Made by a program: the position numbers and the translations under genes. From the NCBI GenBank assembly GCA_964523525.1, contig CAZFYO010000002.1, forward strand, positions 133,038 to 197,037: a DNA stretch of 64,000 bases, in the 5' to 3' direction. Source of the stretch: an uncultured Elusimicrobia bacterium (GTDB lineage: Bacteria > Elusimicrobiota > Elusimicrobia > 2-02-FULL-39-32). This document shows, in pieces, positions 63,201 to 64,000 of this stretch. The notes beneath the pieces were generated by a model. That model worked only from the letters and a program-made list of their open reading frames with translations. It was not told the origin of the DNA and did no database searches. Every line of letters starts with the position of its first letter. Within the stretch, counting starts at the first letter, position 1.

Positions 63201-64000
63201 TACTCCTCCGAAAGCCCCGCCTTGACCACATCGGTGTCCAAGGGATCCTGGAAACCCTGCGCGTATATGGAACCCGTAATGCCGTTGACCTGGCCCTTTT
63301 GAACGGAAGTCAGTCCCAGATCCTCGGAAATCCCGTTGAGGATTCTGAAGATCTCCTGCGAATAGAGAGGAATGGTCGTGTCCCGGAAGAAGGCGTCTTC
63401 AGCGGAGATCTGAGACTGCAGCATGTCGTTGATAATATAATCAATGTCGCCGCGCTCCAGCCGCTGAATGCCATTGTCAGCGGAGAGCCGGCGCAACTGG
63501 GTCTCAAGGATCAGGGCGCTCTTATCGCTTTTTAACGCCTCGAAAGCCTGATTTTTGTAGCTGGCGGCCAGACTTTTTGAATAGGACGCGTAGGAGTCGA
63601 GCCGTTTTGTGTTCCTGTTGGCGATGTCATCCTTGATCGCGAGAATAAGCGCGGGATCGGCCTGCACCGTGATTCCCCTGAATATCGCATCTTCCGGCCT
63701 CTCGGAGCTTTCCAGACGGCCGTTCACCGGGACGCCGATACCGTTACCTTCAAACAAGAATTCGATGCCGCCGTCCACGACAAGGCTGATCGGCAATTTC
63801 GCAAGAGCCTCCGCAAGCAGCTGCTTATCGGATAGAGGGATATCTGGCAGCCGATAGTCCAGGATCTGGAAGTTTCTGTATTGCACGAAATTTCGGTTCT
63901 GCTCGGAGTTGTCGAACGCAAAATCTTCCCGGAGGCGCTCCTTAAGAGGATCGCCCGTGACGATCTTGTAGCGGACCGCGTCGGCATTGTCGCGGATCAG
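51221..64000 (-). CDS. giant polytopic membrane protein 4 (more than 4259 aa; N-terminus beyond the window edge). It has three large TM domains, four novel ~100-aa repeats, an acidic DSDSD linker and a conserved C-terminal tail
   Basis: The reading frame stays open from 51221 to position 64000 with no stop. Translating 63887-64000 by hand gives …LIRDNADAVRYKIVTGDPLKERLREDFAFDNSEQNRNFV before the GTG that the track reports as M. The true start therefore lies upstream of the window. Confidence 0.85.
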   Translation of the reverse strand: MIRDNADAVRYKIVTGDPLKERLREDFAFDNSEQNRNFVQYRNFQILDYRLPDIPLSDKQLLAEALAKLPISLVVDGGIEFLFEGNGIGVPVNGRLESSERPEDAIFRGITVQADPALILAIKDDIANRNTKRLDSYASYSKSLAASYKNQAFEALKSDKSALILETQLRRLSADNGIQRLERGDIDYIINDMLQSQISAEDAFFRDTTIPLYSQEIFRILNGISEDLGLTSVQKGQVNGITGSIYAQGFQDPLDTDVVKAGLSEEYNLGIERALTLFAWQVMLEAALKEYLAEIGLNGYRDQEISLMAVNSIQSGLVPLPDFSDGHRILYKPTNIADSPELLKTERAASVDQIRNEFVTRSPEILKTFEQLFLTVESMAEFERASGVNIPDEQIRFSADMILELGMTKLYVPEKTSPQIVRDAVNLEFKGLFDRILAAEKPEKVKNFGRVGDLVNELYYRSDLDLTLQTHFIQGKNSAERIEGAIVAEMIARKIPPYQINVLMAEVRRIREFIVEQEKLKPEPVEGSSGITSKITDLEILLTLDSHQNPDRRIGLLEIFFPTMSRDDKNRLIYKVDKAINEPLRQVENRELESYADIPDGRPWWTRPWSKLFLGEYNLFGLNKGNQTTGALTNIAFASLITSLFFTSLTVLGWLRHHMINPFVHYKISFSRRNFFFPTFHREYLIDKEDVNDWHPHRHAWIRIMINSMVTTFWTVFFLYWNLAVLNPFEGAIHVIPLVLFILPTVLLLRNIPFLIMAQTVAQFRAFAITFVYFMIGSTLTSVFYDTDSIWTIFSGYIGLFSTSPILAGVLMFILAAHGLLIMMTTKWFGKWMGTPPGMVEEVRDWKYLDDSKVVEEVDGQGRGTGKFVSPQKVEQTKLLRGPQHRAYELVHRLKEHQYFQAQMPFFPSIPAGDQLDKYFSIELFDKMARSIRGNNDKRFRHYLDLSYNAFSFYPAMAELARIVAGSVAAGKQEGLAYEMILAVQSGKPNALAEVMDKHSLPADVRNNVNDFMGRRRGDLGNTINVGYGSVNSNHRDFQKIISRMARPYHAEFTYVDEPALALALHKIQGGRTDEQMKALVKESVDELYIMLDGYIDSLDSARFSARLMEVAARHGVVLTEAQLRTIGKIQEDYQDGMLRSDFKDALAALLPGENHANIDAIGDEFYGWNGKDPAVLRATLEARIGVDLRSVSNADLSRTIHYGDERFIVLARSSAGKKPLPTAMHAETAVNGNDGTPGRFWSQLDTEIDLIEPRLAAMGIFDGDINKDARKKLAYDLLNAALRQVPGMTARLLMVQELNAQLDLNAQQINDVLDIMEEVRDMSRPEERVARALGMIPVWSDRTAFAKRLLWSTPNQRAMLLNGLADLGADQRSAIEALVIETKTMSYLPALDDPKIPSPMPVRFHGVRMGAETDAYRKAMENGEKVIIDILTRVMADRVKEQAKGKSSNNYLEVMPAEQIPLFARKLATSLEPVARQMLIEQSVDHNDKAFEKILREIASIRKQGPWELINDREFNEAKSAAVLAIAEELPAGVISGNETAETLLRLTGIGGRQYLIRLELAGGKRLSGSEVESIVARVDRVKREIINLEEVKTYIWGMPMYGTPMWEMNYNTSISEIDEHLEPFEGNAAQRAALARSLLDMDPQSAMQRLQQLGVDAVTRDLILSTEKFFDNGLEFMRKPFFYGVITSRDERTFIPWEELRETDYMESMLPETPGKARERFFVVVDNGNWLWAAAGMYMALVVTKLMETLESAQYFMMQAMTGYESKNSMLQFMGVFAHRGLWFTQQFNALLLGVIRAFGKYCGIHESIAMAFKSMPGYPAGFYFTRGYYASGYEHHWLTNFGLRVVHSPAVFQRFWNLIYNRINSEDEIMSASAMDSVAIWRMAKDGKYKVKRPVTALEKKKDRVAGSFLFQFIMEIDWMVFFSKSRFGHRNSAQIYEQNYDQIAKHPRPILRNVGVALLSVPRLIAAIIDDRPIVGSFLFFLAKKWNIQNEVPQESFKTKGKTLALSIQSKFLHGFGILGIIVTPVWAFTLILGYFYMNYLPGMIEYRLPDAAWTLSFILFGLLWLSKPLGPTFNSVLNPWWFGRTIVNPFEKLFAQFVMFLPNVLIMGPLYFIWGIAETAMSNAIYMPNLGIHTKSTSDGIRAHNQVIERGEGPPIGINPSQSGSKPAYEPFATSPKTFTFGMALLIIVLNGYLSAFFPPAILLAGSVLLALFAASMVTPIINPVLYEQFSGAKASAARSRSDFVQRLRTSPYDSLEVWQAETKDMSDSRQYKYSKRNAWFPMIFLTAVALLMNVLSLPEQISQSWLFLFMAIGIPFVIFQFINVYVGFFRYGGERDIRRSTILGPGDSTRRFWNIYVSGRMFNLLDAVDKFQSGLIGRIVWLARLAVYYAWPGMKFGLLGLALGFILPTIDNPLIPALVLGGIGLLLPLARILIRAPARSGLRGIQWMGDRISFVAIESTLIGILISAAVIFVSVPATQPIFGGFIEFLTHTPLASVSHVMTGDGSVGVMPNVLLARSPHVLFLTTIIVGELIFFALSLFYIAIDVLFMNRGNYSWKHIPVYAMFDRKFGITERLSLDPTMLAAKTEGGEGVRDMNQPSADSLARLEVIRGSSDSAELRSRIDNLIELANMHHFAPDPQMLWYESGALNRWVETLANINEQSAYTVKINAASVSQNGIASVTRSARLNGLRIRGGHSLEHKIIAKDGVPNANRAGMLNVKDWSMDNLLLPAPVDGIGRQLSLVRSALDPEVADPAALEKIAAIGAEAQTDSLRDRVENLIELSRAHTFTPLRELLPYDSTALNRWVDAIVRINGELERSDSGVRIALNGKTLSPQGVEAVLELAKASGIDVSKHSLPLARLEFSTLRPSRIARLWLASVRAYYWSRDNRMIPSRSEAADPLIVSVEEAHAHAAARPAVIATPPLLAAIRDKARTNDLKNRIDSLVRISAAHDFEPRPEYLIYSPFDLERWVEQITAVNDGFENAGAQIRIPFNTSTLSQNGIIAVTKIAEANAVPINGLFNLPNHPIRRNVARVEPDDMTSPDSPDLRTGPERGADRDFDFDSDSDSDQTEGEAPESAGVSEASLPTMAGPRLGAVSAGNALNKKSFDIAMERAVARLTELRHNASPQMQNKIDALSALVERYKDRYPFVPSASFLRYSVGTLEQRIGQIAAMNDALAEAQSGYRIPINTRSVSARGIKEAEERVKEIISEVAAPSGEEDRGVESGVSNKLGILPLGLPFGLPLLNIYNSITGFFTDHPVLGAALVIPALIAAIGGIKIARSRIPDSDINELQNKSPQYLKDIEFARASADAGHVEAIPKLELLLNKYQSELARIGDGSSEPLYSGQLHYDYMKAEQYAHVVRQIDNEYYEVWEAPNPFYNPNIERYTIAIDALTKSLDTLRALSRISSGQQQLSLTGDLIRASWSIKMGELSRITAPSAPTTQRYLDGPNRRVAGRAYEIAPRHGEGAVAPDVAQAIDPNPPADDNIFSLEAGWVDQHALGVDPPVAINGRSYRLVADGRPSMPYDTLLFPENDVNLVLSSRDTDKAQDVRDAVFDLISFHRASGIKGYINSLGIGALHRLHDHLYWGQFPMERGMKVKQLGEVSGVTVGEIENVEGLPGVSTVLESNDDAALADMTFRLAGLLMDSRIPYHAYFSAGRVIFIWRNPSALETWNAEDLYLDGNYFSPHSFFGLLLYPKTVLRNMTMERYRQLVRQVSYTTQDADGNEIGDRTQVKNTVLAGLGVASVQLDENMEMTVVGKNAWRSVTGRVGGVIEAQRARMAGIPNAVQAGLNRANISRERFGAIPSGLSAGFRGIGTRISNSLGRIREESRTFLSDNLAERTAMLVARNSGPIADLSDAMQSPVTRDMAADQKGQVYKQLLSESAAYIRERAGNVKVRVTASSRSGRVIAALPIAGAFIGTAGLAAWKFGGSVVISVPEKIVGGLIAPAGSIAHVAAMGAYTSQLDRIRSMPWDSIGLLAGVAHWQSVVLVVSAVILTAAAANANRLVRAAPFISNRFDLSALGGLLGKTTFVESNLPSSHEIGTMLLGDRTTTDSRKGTILVITSPLADKNSPDRLIVEGVLTQIRANPENAANFRVVYNSDDPALQISDKDATRKQLAAALKLQALGSEILQDLALTSADEIISGMKTSDIQVIGTPEDIQSLNLNIEGTNITLTSFKYQQLVNVGVEFRAYGREAEQIRALIIDAGGVEVEPGASRGNDGALVLPARQVKPKDFDRLWTEVQMILKQA
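54346..56191 (-). repeat. four divergent ~100-aa protein repeats in giant protein 4, a domain family I do not recognise
   Basis: Each repeat carries R[IV][DE]NLIEL…H.F.P…L.Y…L.RWV..I..[IV]N… and then a RI..N…[LV]S.NGI..V pattern. The copies begin RIDNLIELANMHHFAPDP, RVENLIELSRAHTFTPLR, RIDSLVRISAAHDFEPRP and KIDALSALVERYKDRYPF, with about 30-40% pairwise identity. Confidence 0.6.
54779..54815. repeat. hexanucleotide microsatellite (TCGGAA)3(TCGAAA)2 encoding the acidic linker DFDFDSDSDSD in giant protein 4
   Basis: The sequence reads tcggaatcggaatcggaatcgaaatcgaaatcg directly. The minus-strand translation is …DRDFDFDSDSDSDQ…. Confidence 0.8.

Noticed and set aside
26081-64000. Possibility that the giant ORFs are assembly or annotation artefacts from fused genes or a low-complexity read-through
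   Set aside because: Stop-free frames of 7-13 kb in 40-60% GC DNA are statistically implausible by chance. The translations contain ordered canonical enzyme motifs and paralogous terminal domains. The only residual risk is collapse or expansion at the internal tandem duplication.

Overview
This is a high-GC bacterial chromosomal segment, roughly 63-65% GC in the core genes, with very compact gene spacing. Positions 1-7397 on the plus strand hold an aa3-type cytochrome c oxidase cluster. It comprises a partial upstream membrane-protein gene, coxB, coxA, coxC, a prokaryotic subunit IV, a small CxxC membrane protein, the heme O synthase ctaB, an ABC-2 transporter pair, and an SCO1/SenC gene fused to a DUF420 domain. 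Every gene from 7394 to the window end lies on the minus strand, and the largest intergenic gap is 48 nt. This minus-strand array comprises a 2Fe-2S ferredoxin and a 940-aa secreted protein with peptidase-like, beta-propeller and Omp85-like parts. It continues with a TPR protein, rpsA, plsC, cmk, aroA, tyrA, a class I-beta DAHP synthase, hisC, pheA, pgeF, ftsZ, ftsA, ftsQ, ddl and murB. Directly upstream of murB sits the standout feature. It is a translationally coupled operon of four giant ORFs encoding 3126, 2478, 2781 (about 2763 from the RBS-supported start) and more than 4259 aa, spanning 26081 to beyond 64000. The last ORF runs off the window edge with its N-terminus missing. The giant proteins are membrane-anchored and share a paralogous N-terminal domain of about 450 aa and a conserved C-terminal tail peptide. 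Recognisable enzyme modules are embedded in them. Protein 1 carries a PEP-utilising dikinase-like module and a NUDIX domain. Protein 2 carries a GT5 glycogen-synthase domain. Protein 3 carries a complete phosphoglucomutase domain and a tandem-duplicated HIGH-type nucleotidyltransferase unit. Protein 4 carries large polytopic membrane domains, four novel repeats of about 100 aa, and a hexanucleotide microsatellite. I interpret this as a previously undescribed membrane-tethered carbohydrate (alpha-glucan-like) metabolic mega-assembly. Parts of this region have lower GC than the core genome.
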